Assembly (NCBI GenBank): GCA_016650175.1
Contig: JAENWG010000002.1
Location: 8,214 to 72,213 of the forward strand
Length of the DNA stretch: 64,000 bases
DNA from: Peptostreptococcaceae bacterium
GTDB lineage: Bacteria; Bacillota; Clostridia; Peptostreptococcales; Anaerovoracaceae
Direction of reading: 5' to 3'
Shown here: positions 38,221 through 47,195 of the stretch, piece after piece
Position numbering within the stretch: the first letter of the stretch is position 1
Layout: every line of letters begins with the position of its first letter
Made by a program: the position numbers and the translations under genes
Notes under the pieces: model-generated
What the model was told of the DNA's origin: nothing
The model's input: only the letters and a program-made list of their open reading frames with translations
Databases searched by the model: none

Positions 38221-39399
38221 ATGGAACTTAAATACGGATGTAATCCTAATCAAAAGCCAGCTTCTGTTTATATGGAAGATGGCAAAGATTTGCCTTTTGA
38301 AGTATTAAACGGTAGACCTGGATATATTAACCTATTAGATGCTTTAAATGGTTGGCAATTAGTAGCTGAAATTAAAAAAGCTACTGGTAAACCGGCAGCT
38401 ACTTCTTTTAAACATGTAAGTCCTACAGCTGCTGCAATTGGAAATGTTATGAGTGCCAGATTAAAAAGAGCATATTTTGTAGATGACATAATAGGTTTAG
38501 ATAAATCACCCATAGCTACTGCTTATGCTAGAGCTAGAGGAGCTGACAGAATGTCTTCATTCGGTGATTTTATATCTCTTAGCGATACTTGTGATGAAAC
38601 CTGCGCTAGCATTATAAAAAGGGAAGTATCTGATGGTATAATCGCACCTGATTTTACAGAAGAAGCTTTAGAAATTCTAAAAGAAAAGAAAAAAGGTCAC
38701 TACGTAATCTTAAAAGTGAATCCTGACTATGTTCCAGCAGAAATCGAGAAGAAACAAGTCTTTGGAGTAACTTTTGATCAGAAAAGAAACGATGTAGAGA
38801 TAAATAAAGAATGTATGACAAACATTGTTACTACTAATAAAGACTTAAATGAAGATGCTTTAAACAATCTTTTAATAGCATCTATTACACTTAAATACAC
38901 TCAGTCAAATTCTGTTGCTTTTGCTGCTGACGGCCAAGTAATTGGTGTTGGCGCCGGTCAACAATCACGTATACACTGCACAAGACTAGCAGGAGCTAAA
39001 GCTGATAATTGGATACTAAGACAAAGTGATAAAGTATTAAACCTACCATTTAAACTTGAAATTGGTAGAGCTTTAAGAGACAACTTCATAGATCGATATA
39101 TAGCTATGGAAGATACTCTAGAATCACTTTCTGAATTTGATTTTACAGAGCTATTTAGTGATAGACCTGACATTTTTCTTATTCATGAAAAGCTTGATAT
39201 AATTGCTAAAGCAGAAGATATAGCTTTGGCCTCGGATGCTTTCTTCCCGTTCGGAGATAACATAGACAGAGCTTACCAAAGTAAAGTTAAGTATGTAGTT
39301 CAGGCTGGTGGTTCAATTAGAGATAGTCAAGTTATAGATACATGTAATAAATACGATATGGTTATGATATGTAACGGTATCAGACTATTCCATCATTAA
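38221..39399 (+). CDS. purH: AICAR formyltransferase-only PurH (lacks the N-terminal MGS/IMP cyclohydrolase domain)
   Basis: 392 aa beginning at the AICARFT domain (LKYGCNPNQ...). C-terminal GIRLFHH is the typical PurH ending. Confidence 0.8.
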   Translation: MELKYGCNPNQKPASVYMEDGKDLPFEVLNGRPGYINLLDALNGWQLVAEIKKATGKPAATSFKHVSPTAAAIGNVMSARLKRAYFVDDIIGLDKSPIATAYARARGADRMSSFGDFISLSDTCDETCASIIKREVSDGIIAPDFTEEALEILKEKKKGHYVILKVNPDYVPAEIEKKQVFGVTFDQKRNDVEINKECMTNIVTTNKDLNEDALNNLLIASITLKYTQSNSVAFAADGQVIGVGAGQQSRIHCTRLAGAKADNWILRQSDKVLNLPFKLEIGRALRDNFIDRYIAMEDTLESLSEFDFTELFSDRPDIFLIHEKLDIIAKAEDIALASDAFFPFGDNIDRAYQSKVKYVVQAGGSIRDSQVIDTCNKYDMVMICNGIRLFHH

Positions 39400-39452
39400 G
39401 ATGATATAATGAGCTATGAAATTTAAAGTATTTAAAAATTCATGGGAGTATT

Positions 39453-40184
39453 ATGAATAAATATAAAGAATTAATAAAAAATGAAATATTAAAAATGAAT
39501 GATAATGAGGAGAGGGTACTAAATTTAAACGATACCTCTCCTAATAAGAAGTCTAATGTACCTGATAAGGTTGATAAAGCCGTTAAATCGTTTATATCTA
39601 AGGCTTCTTCTTTTATTTGGGTAAATAGTACCTCTAAACGCGGTAAACGTAATCTAGAGGCTCTTAAACATGATACTAATTTAGAAACTTTATCTGCTTT
39701 CGATAAGGATTCTAAGAAAATCTATGAAAAAGGTGCGTCATTTACGTACAAAGAAGGTGGTATTTTAGGTGCTATAGGCGTTGGTATACCTGACATTCCG
39801 CTGTTTTTAGCAGTACTATTAAGAGGTATGCATTCAATTTCGGCTATATATGGATTTGATTATAAGTCTGACTATGAAAAACATTACATTCTTAAGCTTC
39901 TTTTAGCTTCATTATCTAGTGGTGAAAATAGAAAGAAGTATTTTGAAGAACTAGATACCTTTGAAGTAGGTGATGATAATTACTCAGAATTAGCTCATTT
40001 AATCGCAGCTGAACTAATAGTACAGAAACTTGTTCAAGGAATATTTATTATAGGTGCTGTCGCAGCTATAACTAACAAAAGGACATATATTAAGGTAATG
40101 AAGTGTACCAGATATAAATACAGACAAAGATTCTTAAATAAACTAAATGAAGAATTTTATGATATGACCAGTTTTAAAGAATAG
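39453..40184 (+). CDS. EcsC family protein
   Basis: 243 aa. Central GGILGAIGVGIPDIPLF..LLRGMHSIS.IYGFDY pattern is typical of EcsC. Confidence 0.6.
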   Translation: MNKYKELIKNEILKMNDNEERVLNLNDTSPNKKSNVPDKVDKAVKSFISKASSFIWVNSTSKRGKRNLEALKHDTNLETLSAFDKDSKKIYEKGASFTYKEGGILGAIGVGIPDIPLFLAVLLRGMHSISAIYGFDYKSDYEKHYILKLLLASLSSGENRKKYFEELDTFEVGDDNYSELAHLIAAELIVQKLVQGIFIIGAVAAITNKRTYIKVMKCTRYKYRQRFLNKLNEEFYDMTSFKE

Positions 40185-40254
40185 GTTAGTCATAAAGACA
40201 GGGATAACTATTCCTAAAATCTTAATTTTGGGAATAGTTACTATACAGGAGTGT

Positions 40255-40280
40255 AACCAGGCCCAAAAGCCTGGTTTTTC
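40255..40280 (+). terminator. Rho-independent terminator after ecsC
   Basis: AACCAGGC-CCAAAA-GCCTGGTT followed by TTTTT. Confidence 0.6.
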
Positions 40281-40392
40281 AGTATGTTGCCATGTTTCTA
40301 TATATATCTATTTTAAACAATATATCATTTGGATGTATATCACCTGTGCTCTAATTAAAATCGCTTATATCGAACATAAGAGCTTCTCTTTT

Positions 40393-40716
40393 TTAGACAT
40401 TTTCATCTATTTCAGTTGGTACTATCAAAATCTGTCCTGGGTATATTTGACCATCATCTATGTCGTTTAAGTTTGATATTTCGTAAACAGCTTGTCTTGG
40501 ATCCATATCAGCAGGCATAGTTCTATCTGCTATATCCCAAAGTGTATCACCATAAGTTACTTCGATTTGTTTGTAATAAGTTTTGGTTGTTCCAGATGCG
40601 TTATCAAGTCCAAACATATGAATAGTTAATGTGGCTATTAAGACAAATATTATAGTAACGAATATTACGAATCTCACTGGAGCTATTATCTTATAATGTT
40701 TTTTCATATTTTTCAC
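40393..40716 (-). CDS. yneA: YneA-like SOS cell-division inhibitor (N-terminal TM + C-terminal LysM)
   Basis: 107 aa. One TM helix. LysM (YGDTLWDIA...NLNDIDDGQIYPGQILIVP). LexA boxes in its promoter. Confidence 0.6.
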   Translation of the reverse strand: MKNMKKHYKIIAPVRFVIFVTIIFVLIATLTIHMFGLDNASGTTKTYYKQIEVTYGDTLWDIADRTMPADMDPRQAVYEISNLNDIDDGQIYPGQILIVPTEIDENV

Positions 40717-40726
40717 CTCTCGATTT

Positions 40727-40800
40727 AGAACATTTGTTCTTATAGGTATATTTTACTACCCGAACATATGTTTGTCAAGAGTTTTATGAACATTCGTTCT
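40727..40800 (-). promoter_or_regulatory. SOS promoter with three LexA (Cheo-type GAAC-N4-GTTC) boxes
   Basis: Boxes: AGAACATTTGTTCT (40727-40740), CGAACATATGTTTG (40761-40774), TGAACATTCGTTCT (40787-40800). Minus-strand TTGACA (40778-40773) - 17 nt - TAAAAT (40755-40750). Box 2 overlaps the -35/spacer. Confidence 0.7.
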
Positions 40801-40802
40801 TT

Positions 40803-41276
40803 TTATTTCAGAACATCATAAAATTCAGTGTTTCCAAGGTGTTTGTTGAGTTTTTCAGGGTTTATTTTTATTTGTACTCCCCTTTTTCCTCCACTAATAT
40901 ATATATTATCTAGTAATATTGCGTTTTCATCTATATATGTTTTAAATTGCTTTTTCATACCAATAGGTGAGCACCCTCCCCTTATGTATCCAGTTATACC
41001 AAGCAGTTCTTTTACATGAATCATTTCTAGTTTTTTAACTTCAGCAATTTTAGCGGCCTTTTTTAGATCTAATTCACCTTCTACTGGTATACAGAACACA
41101 AAATAATCCCTTGTGTTTGAAATAAGCACAAGGGTTTTAAATACTTCTAGTGTTGATAGACCAGAATGCTCAGCTGCGTGTACACCTGACAGATCATTTT
41201 CATCATATTCATATTCTTTCATTTCGTAATCGATGCCTGCAGCATCTAAAATTCTCATAGCATTTGTTTTATTCAT
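40803..41276 (-). CDS. ybaK: Cys-tRNA(Pro) deacylase YbaK/EbsC
   Basis: 157 aa. NAMRILD..GI.Y, TGY..GG.SP.G motifs. Confidence 0.85.
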   Translation of the reverse strand: MNKTNAMRILDAAGIDYEMKEYEYDENDLSGVHAAEHSGLSTLEVFKTLVLISNTRDYFVFCIPVEGELDLKKAAKIAEVKKLEMIHVKELLGITGYIRGGCSPIGMKKQFKTYIDENAILLDNIYISGGKRGVQIKINPEKLNKHLGNTEFYDVLK

Positions 41277-41302
41277 ATTTACATAATTTACTTATCGTAA
41301 AG

Positions 41303-42112
41303 TCACTCCTTCTTTGTTTTAGAATCAACAAATTCCATTATTTTTTTTCGGTTTTTAATGAATATATAAAATATTGCTATGGCTATTACTGCCAAAACTG
41401 CCATACCAATATAGTTTTTACTTTCAAGCATACTTCCTATTAAAAGACTTCCCATAATACCAGGAGTTCTTCCTATTGTAGATATAATCAGAAACGGAAT
41501 TATTTTAATTTCAGAAATACCAGCTACATAACACATTATATCTTTTGGTATCCCTGGTATCATATATATTAATATTATTATTCCATAAGATTTAGTACTA
41601 TTTAATTTCTTAATTATATCATTTACTCTTTTTTCACCAAACAAAATATGCAGTGCGTCTTTTCCTAGGAATCTAGCCAAGTGATAAGTTACAAATGTAC
41701 CTACAACGGCTCCTGCCATCGAAATAAGATAGCCGTTCCAAAATCCATATATATAACTAGATGCAAACTGTATAGGTTGCCCAGGTATTACGCTTATTAT
41801 TATTTGCATAGCTTGAAGGCCCATAAGGGCTAAATAAGTAGCACCTTTGTAATTTTCTACGAATGCAACTAATTCTTTAGCACTACTAAACTGATTTAAA
41901 AAATCTTTATTAAACACAAATATAAGTACAGGTACTCCAACGCTTATTATTAGAAGTAAAAATAATTTAGCAAACGCTACCAGTCTGTCGTGCATGCTAG
42001 TTTTATTAACATTATATCTTACGTCATCGTAAAATATATGTCTTCCTTGGCGTCTATTTGTTCTACTTTTATAAGAGAACGCTTTTACGTTGATTTTCTT
42101 TTTCTTTTTCAT
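41303..42112 (-). CDS. TVP38/TMEM64 (DedA-related, SNARE-associated) membrane protein
   Basis: Polytopic. IPGQP...F..G...G motif region and R..PG.P.D...Y.AG. Confidence 0.65.
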   Translation of the reverse strand: MKKKKKINVKAFSYKSRTNRRQGRHIFYDDVRYNVNKTSMHDRLVAFAKLFLLLIISVGVPVLIFVFNKDFLNQFSSAKELVAFVENYKGATYLALMGLQAMQIIISVIPGQPIQFASSYIYGFWNGYLISMAGAVVGTFVTYHLARFLGKDALHILFGEKRVNDIIKKLNSTKSYGIIILIYMIPGIPKDIMCYVAGISEIKIIPFLIISTIGRTPGIMGSLLIGSMLESKNYIGMAVLAVIAIAIFYIFIKNRKKIMEFVDSKTKKE

Positions 42113-42121
42113 TTTTTGTCC

Positions 42122-43411
42122 TTATAATTCTATATATCCTCTTTTTATTAATTCATCTAAAGCTTTAATTACTCCAAATTTAGAATGCTCGTAAGTAAGT
42201 CCACCTTGAAAATATGCAATGTAGGGCTCTCTTAACGGTGCATCAGCACTTAATTCTATTGATGACCCCTGAACAAATGCTCCTGCAGCCATTACTACTT
42301 GATCTTCATATCCTGGCATATCCCAAGGAATGGGTGCTACGTGAGCATCTATTGGAGATGCTGACTGTATGCCTTGACAAAATGAAACCAATTTGTCTGG
42401 ATTGTTAAATTTAATAGCCTGTATAATGTCACTTCTTTTAGAATTCATGTCCGGACATATTTCATATCCGAGTTCATCAAATACTGAACCACATAATATT
42501 GCTCCTTTTAAAGCTCCGTTAACCACCTTAGGTGCTAAGAATATACCTTGAAGAATAGCTCTTGTCTGTCCAAAAGTAAGTCCACATTCTGCTCCAATTC
42601 CAGGGCAAGTAAGTCTATACGATATATTATTTATTAAATCTTTTCTGCCTACTACATATCCACCTGATAAGGCCAATCCGCCACCTGGATTTTTAATAAG
42701 CGATCCTGCCATTACATCAACACCAACATCCGTTGGTTCTATATCGGATACAAACTCTCCGTAACAATTATCAACCATTACTATGATATCTTTATTTATC
42801 CTGTGTATCGTTTCTGTGATGTTTTTAATTTCTTCAATTGTAAGAGCATTTCTCCAAGCATAACCAGTTGATCTTTGCATAGCTACAACTTTTGTTTGTT
42901 CTGTTATAGTCTTTTTAATAATTTCTTCATCCATCTGACCATTACTTAAAGCTACTTCCTTATATTTAATACCATAATCCTTAAGAGATCCAAAGCTACT
43001 TCCAGTATTACCAATTACTTCTTGTAAAGTATCATATGGCGCTCCTGAGCAATATATAAGTTCTTCTCCCGGTTTTAATATACCAAATAATGTACATGCT
43101 AGAGCATGCGTGCCATTAACTATATTGGGTCTAACTAAAGCAGCTTCTGTATTAAATATATCTGCATATACTTTTTCAGTAGCTTCTCTTCCAGGGTCAT
43201 CATATCCGTAACCAGTATTCCATGCAAAATGCATGTCGCTTATTCGGTTTTTTTGAAAAGCTTTTAATACCTTTAATTGATTCTTTTCCATTATCTCATC
43301 ATACGAATTAAATCTATCAATTAATTTATCTTGATTACTGTTTACAATATCTAATACTTTTTCTTCTATGTTAAATTCTTCTATAATATATTCTTTAGTA
43401 CTTTTATTCAT
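42122..43411 (-). CDS. ynbB: Methionine gamma-lyase family PLP protein (YnbB / 'aluminium resistance' family)
   Basis: 429 aa. GYGYDD.GR, GSLIKNPGGG (PLP Lys) pattern. Confidence 0.75.
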   Translation of the reverse strand: MNKSTKEYIIEEFNIEEKVLDIVNSNQDKLIDRFNSYDEIMEKNQLKVLKAFQKNRISDMHFAWNTGYGYDDPGREATEKVYADIFNTEAALVRPNIVNGTHALACTLFGILKPGEELIYCSGAPYDTLQEVIGNTGSSFGSLKDYGIKYKEVALSNGQMDEEIIKKTITEQTKVVAMQRSTGYAWRNALTIEEIKNITETIHRINKDIIVMVDNCYGEFVSDIEPTDVGVDVMAGSLIKNPGGGLALSGGYVVGRKDLINNISYRLTCPGIGAECGLTFGQTRAILQGIFLAPKVVNGALKGAILCGSVFDELGYEICPDMNSKRSDIIQAIKFNNPDKLVSFCQGIQSASPIDAHVAPIPWDMPGYEDQVVMAAGAFVQGSSIELSADAPLREPYIAYFQGGLTYEHSKFGVIKALDELIKRGYIEL

Positions 43412-44541
43412 TATTCTTTAGATTCCTTTCTTTCAAGTTCCCATTCCATATCTTTTACTAAGTCTCTTTTTACATTTTGCTTATGTTTAGCATAAAGCTG
43501 AGTTGTAGTTACTTGTTCGTGATCAAGTAACGCCTGTACATCATATATTGAATTTCCTCTACCTATTAAACTAGTCGCTGCTGTTGCTCTTAGCTTATGA
43601 GGGCTGTAACCAGCTCTTCTGCTTGTTTTTAAAGCAATAGATGTATATTTCTTTACAAGCTCTCTAATAGACCTTTCTGTAAGCCTTTTACCTTGAAGGG
43701 ATAAAAATAATGCATCCTCATTTCCTTCAACGATTTTTTCTTCATTTGGTCTTTCAACTGTTACATAATCGTCTATTACTAAACTCACTGATTTATTAAG
43801 AGGCATCATAGATTCTTTGCCTCTTTTTCTATATATTTTAAATTCTCCTCTATTAAAATTAAATGAAGATATATTTAGCTGTTGTAGTTCTGATAGTCTT
43901 AATCCATAAGTCAGAAAAAGCACTAATATTGCTTTGTCACGCAGTTTAGTTTTCTCCCAATAGCTTTTTTCGTGCTCAGTCAAACCTTCTCCGTTAGTAA
44001 CAGAATCAAGCATTATCATAACTTCATCATCTTGTAATGCTTTTATTTCATTTTCTCCTGTTTTAGGAACTCTTATTGGGTCAAACCCATCAGTTATATT
44101 TTCTTTAAGTAGACCATCTCTATAGAGTTGTTTGAATAATACGGAAACAGATGATCGTTTTCTTGCTAAGGTTCTATTACCATTTTGATAAACCACTATA
44201 GTTTCTTTTGATTCTACAGTATATTTTCGGCAGTAATCTAAAAAGATATTAATATCCATAGCTGTAATTTCATTTAATTCTTCTACTTTAACGTCAGTTG
44301 GTATGCTTGCTTTAGTAATACCAGATTCAAAAACAAGGTAATTAAAGAAGAACAATATGTCATGTAAATATGCAGATCTTGTCATAGGAAGTACATTTGA
44401 TTTTAAGTATATAAAATAACTTCTTAGATATTTAGGTAGCTGTTTTTGTATGGCTTCGCATTCAAAAAACACGTTATTCTCTTTTTCAATTATATTATTT
44501 GGTTTATCGGTTTTATTATGTATTCTCACATTTTTACTCAT
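43411..44541 (-). CDS. Tyrosine recombinase (Xer/phage-integrase fold), embedded in a housekeeping operon
   Basis: Catalytic R (YGLRLSEL), HKLRAT and LLDHEQVTTTQLY give the R-H-R-H-Y set. Start overlaps the miaA stop (ATGA) and its stop overlaps the ynbB start. Confidence 0.8.
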   Translation of the reverse strand: MSKNVRIHNKTDKPNNIIEKENNVFFECEAIQKQLPKYLRSYFIYLKSNVLPMTRSAYLHDILFFFNYLVFESGITKASIPTDVKVEELNEITAMDINIFLDYCRKYTVESKETIVVYQNGNRTLARKRSSVSVLFKQLYRDGLLKENITDGFDPIRVPKTGENEIKALQDDEVMIMLDSVTNGEGLTEHEKSYWEKTKLRDKAILVLFLTYGLRLSELQQLNISSFNFNRGEFKIYRKRGKESMMPLNKSVSLVIDDYVTVERPNEEKIVEGNEDALFLSLQGKRLTERSIRELVKKYTSIALKTSRRAGYSPHKLRATAATSLIGRGNSIYDVQALLDHEQVTTTQLYAKHKQNVKRDLVKDMEWELERKESKE

Positions 44542-45431
44542 AAAATCTTCTCCACAATATCAGCTACTTCAGTGTCTTCATCAACATCAATCCAAATCAT
44601 GTCTTCATATTTTTTAAACCACGTTTGTTGCCTTTTTGCAAAGTGCCTAGTGTTTCTTTTGATTAAATATATGGCATCTTCTAAATTATAATTACCATTT
44701 AAATATTCAATGATTTCCTTATATCCTATACCTTTCATTGAAAAATTATCGCATGTAAGTCCTAATGAAAACATATGTTTTACTTCATCTACTAAACCCT
44801 CAGATATCATATTTTCTACTCTTTGGTTTATTCTTTCATACAGTACTTTTCTATCCCAATTTAGTCCATATAACTTAAAATCATATGCTTGATTCTTAAT
44901 GTTACATTCTTCAAAGGGTTTCACTTCTTTACCTAGCTCAGTAGCTTCTATTGCTCTAATTACTTTTTTCTTATTATTAGGATGTATTCTTCCTGCAGCT
45001 CCGCAGTTAATTTCCGAAAGATAGGCATATAACACTTCTGCGCTCATAGATTCTAATTCTATTCTTCTCTTAGCATTTAGCGGCTTTGCCGCAAAATCCA
45101 TCTCATATATTAAAGAATTTAAATAAAGTCCTGTGCCACCAACCACTACTGGAGTTTTACCTCTGGAAACTATATCGTCAATAGCTTCATATGCTAATTT
45201 TTGATATTTTGCTACAGTAAAAAACTCACTTGGATCAACTACGCCAATTAGATGGTGTTTTACTTCTTCAAGTTCTTCTTTTGTAGGTTTTGCACTACCT
45301 ATATTCATATATTTATATAGCTGCATTGAATCGCAACTTACAATTTCTCCATTTATTCGTTTGGCAAGTTCAATAGCTACTTTAGTTTTACCAGTTGCCG
45401 TTGGTCCTGCTATAACATATATGTTTACCAT
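44538..45431 (-). CDS. miaA: tRNA dimethylallyltransferase
   Basis: GPTATGKT P-loop, DSMQ.Y, VGGTGLY. Confidence 0.9.
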   Translation of the reverse strand: MVNIYVIAGPTATGKTKVAIELAKRINGEIVSCDSMQLYKYMNIGSAKPTKEELEEVKHHLIGVVDPSEFFTVAKYQKLAYEAIDDIVSRGKTPVVVGGTGLYLNSLIYEMDFAAKPLNAKRRIELESMSAEVLYAYLSEINCGAAGRIHPNNKKKVIRAIEATELGKEVKPFEECNIKNQAYDFKLYGLNWDRKVLYERINQRVENMISEGLVDEVKHMFSLGLTCDNFSMKGIGYKEIIEYLNGNYNLEDAIYLIKRNTRHFAKRQQTWFKKYEDMIWIDVDEDTEVADIVEKIL

Positions 45432-45453
45432 AACTTTATTATGTCACCTTTCT

Positions 45454-47193
45454 TTATTTTCTATGAAAAGATTTCTCAATATCAGACTTAGAAAGCTTTA
45501 AAAACGTCGGTCTACCATGTGGGCAATTGTATGGATTTATGCAATTTTTGATAGTATTTAGCAATACCAATTGTTCACTTTCTGACAATTTGTTATTGCC
45601 TTTTATCGCATTTTTGCATGATTTGGTTATCAATTTGTCTATAACTATGTTATTATCTATTACTTCATCTTGGTTTACAGCCTCTATAAAGTCATTAACA
45701 AACAGTTCAGCCTCAGTTAGTGACATATTTTCTGGTATTTCTCTAATTAAGAACGTATTTTCTCCAAATTCACTGATATTATAACCAATTTTGTCTAATA
45801 TTCCCATCCAATCTCTATTTTTATTGTAGAAACTTTTACTAGTATTTATAACTATAGGTATAAGTATCGGTTGCGATATTTTGTTTTCACTTAGATAATT
45901 GTTAACAAGTTTCTCATAAAATATTCTTTCATGTGCTGCATGCTGATCTATGTAGTAAATGTTATCATTTTGGTCTTCAGTTATTATATATGTATTAAAA
46001 ACATATCCTACTATTCTCAATTCATCGAATACAAAAGGTCTATTATATGGTGGTTCTATAGAAAATTCATCATTAATTACAGGTTTCTTTTCTTGTAACA
46101 CTTTTTTGATACCAATTTGTTCAGTTTTTAGTGTTTTTATGTATTCTGGCTCATAAGTTTGCTCTATTTCTACTTTTTCACTTAATTTAGGCATCTGAAA
46201 CTCACTTATACCTTCAGTTTTAAATATACTGTTTGATATAGCATTACCAATTGCATCTATTACTTCTTTTTCTCTGTTAAATCTAATTTCTCTTTTATTA
46301 GGATGTATATTTACGTCTATAGTTTCGGGATTTAAAGAAATAAACAGTATTGATATAGGAAATCCCGAAAAAACTCTTTCTTTATAGCCTAGTTTAATAC
46401 CTTTTTCTATTATTTTACTGTCAATTATTCTACCATTAACGAAAAATATTTGACCTTGTTTAGTGGATTTAGTAAGGCCTGGATTTGAAACGAATCCATA
46501 TACAAATATTCCGTTTTCTTCATGCTTTATTTCTATTAAATTAGCATAATCTCTTGTAGGAAATATACTCATTATTGTATTTTGATGGTTACCATCTCCT
46601 GTTGTTGCAAACACTACAGTGTTATTATTTATTAATTTAAATGAAATATCAGCATAGTTTAACGCAAATTTTGATACAAATTCAGTTATTTTACCAGCTT
46701 CATTTCCGTCATTTTTCATAAACTTTTTTCTGGCCGGTGTGTTATAGAATACGTCTTCAATTATGAAAGTAGTACCGTCTGGGCATCCTGTTGTTTCTTT
46801 AGAAACAACTTTACTGCCATGAATAGTTAGTTTAGTACCAACACTGTCTTCTCTTCTTTTAGTCAGAACCTTAAGCCTAGTTACTGCGGCAATGCTAGCT
46901 AGCGCTTCTCCTCTAAATCCTAAAGTATTAATAGCATTTAGATCTTCTAAACTAGTTATTTTACCTGTAGCATGCCTTAAAAATGCTGTTTCTACTTCAT
47001 CATTAGATATTCCTATACCATCATCAGACACTCTTATATATGTTTTACCGCCGTTTTTGATATCAACTATTATCATTTTTGCGCCTGCATCAACTGAATT
47101 TTCTAGCAGTTCTTTAATAATCGATACTGGCCTTTCAATTACTTCTCCAGCTGCTATTTTATCAGCAACACTTTTATCAAGTAGCTTAATCAT
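45454..47193 (-). CDS. mutL: DNA mismatch repair protein MutL
   Basis: IAAGEVIERP, ELLENSVDAG, GFRGEAL. C-terminal endonuclease-type CPHGRP. Confidence 0.9.
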   Translation of the reverse strand: MIKLLDKSVADKIAAGEVIERPVSIIKELLENSVDAGAKMIIVDIKNGGKTYIRVSDDGIGISNDEVETAFLRHATGKITSLEDLNAINTLGFRGEALASIAAVTRLKVLTKRREDSVGTKLTIHGSKVVSKETTGCPDGTTFIIEDVFYNTPARKKFMKNDGNEAGKITEFVSKFALNYADISFKLINNNTVVFATTGDGNHQNTIMSIFPTRDYANLIEIKHEENGIFVYGFVSNPGLTKSTKQGQIFFVNGRIIDSKIIEKGIKLGYKERVFSGFPISILFISLNPETIDVNIHPNKREIRFNREKEVIDAIGNAISNSIFKTEGISEFQMPKLSEKVEIEQTYEPEYIKTLKTEQIGIKKVLQEKKPVINDEFSIEPPYNRPFVFDELRIVGYVFNTYIITEDQNDNIYYIDQHAAHERIFYEKLVNNYLSENKISQPILIPIVINTSKSFYNKNRDWMGILDKIGYNISEFGENTFLIREIPENMSLTEAELFVNDFIEAVNQDEVIDNNIVIDKLITKSCKNAIKGNNKLSESEQLVLLNTIKNCINPYNCPHGRPTFLKLSKSDIEKSFHRK

Positions 47194-47195
47194 AA

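Noticed and set aside
40228-40470. 80-aa plus-strand ORF between ecsC and yneA
   Set aside because: It spans the ecsC terminator hairpin and overlaps the 3' end of the yneA-like gene on the opposite strand. Its translation is low-complexity (I/Y/F-rich) and it has no RBS.
43411-44541. Tyrosine recombinase as the marker of an integrated mobile element
   Set aside because: It overlaps both neighbouring housekeeping genes. There are no flanking direct repeats, no tRNA target, and no excisionase or cargo genes. It is treated as a domesticated recombinase (see findings).
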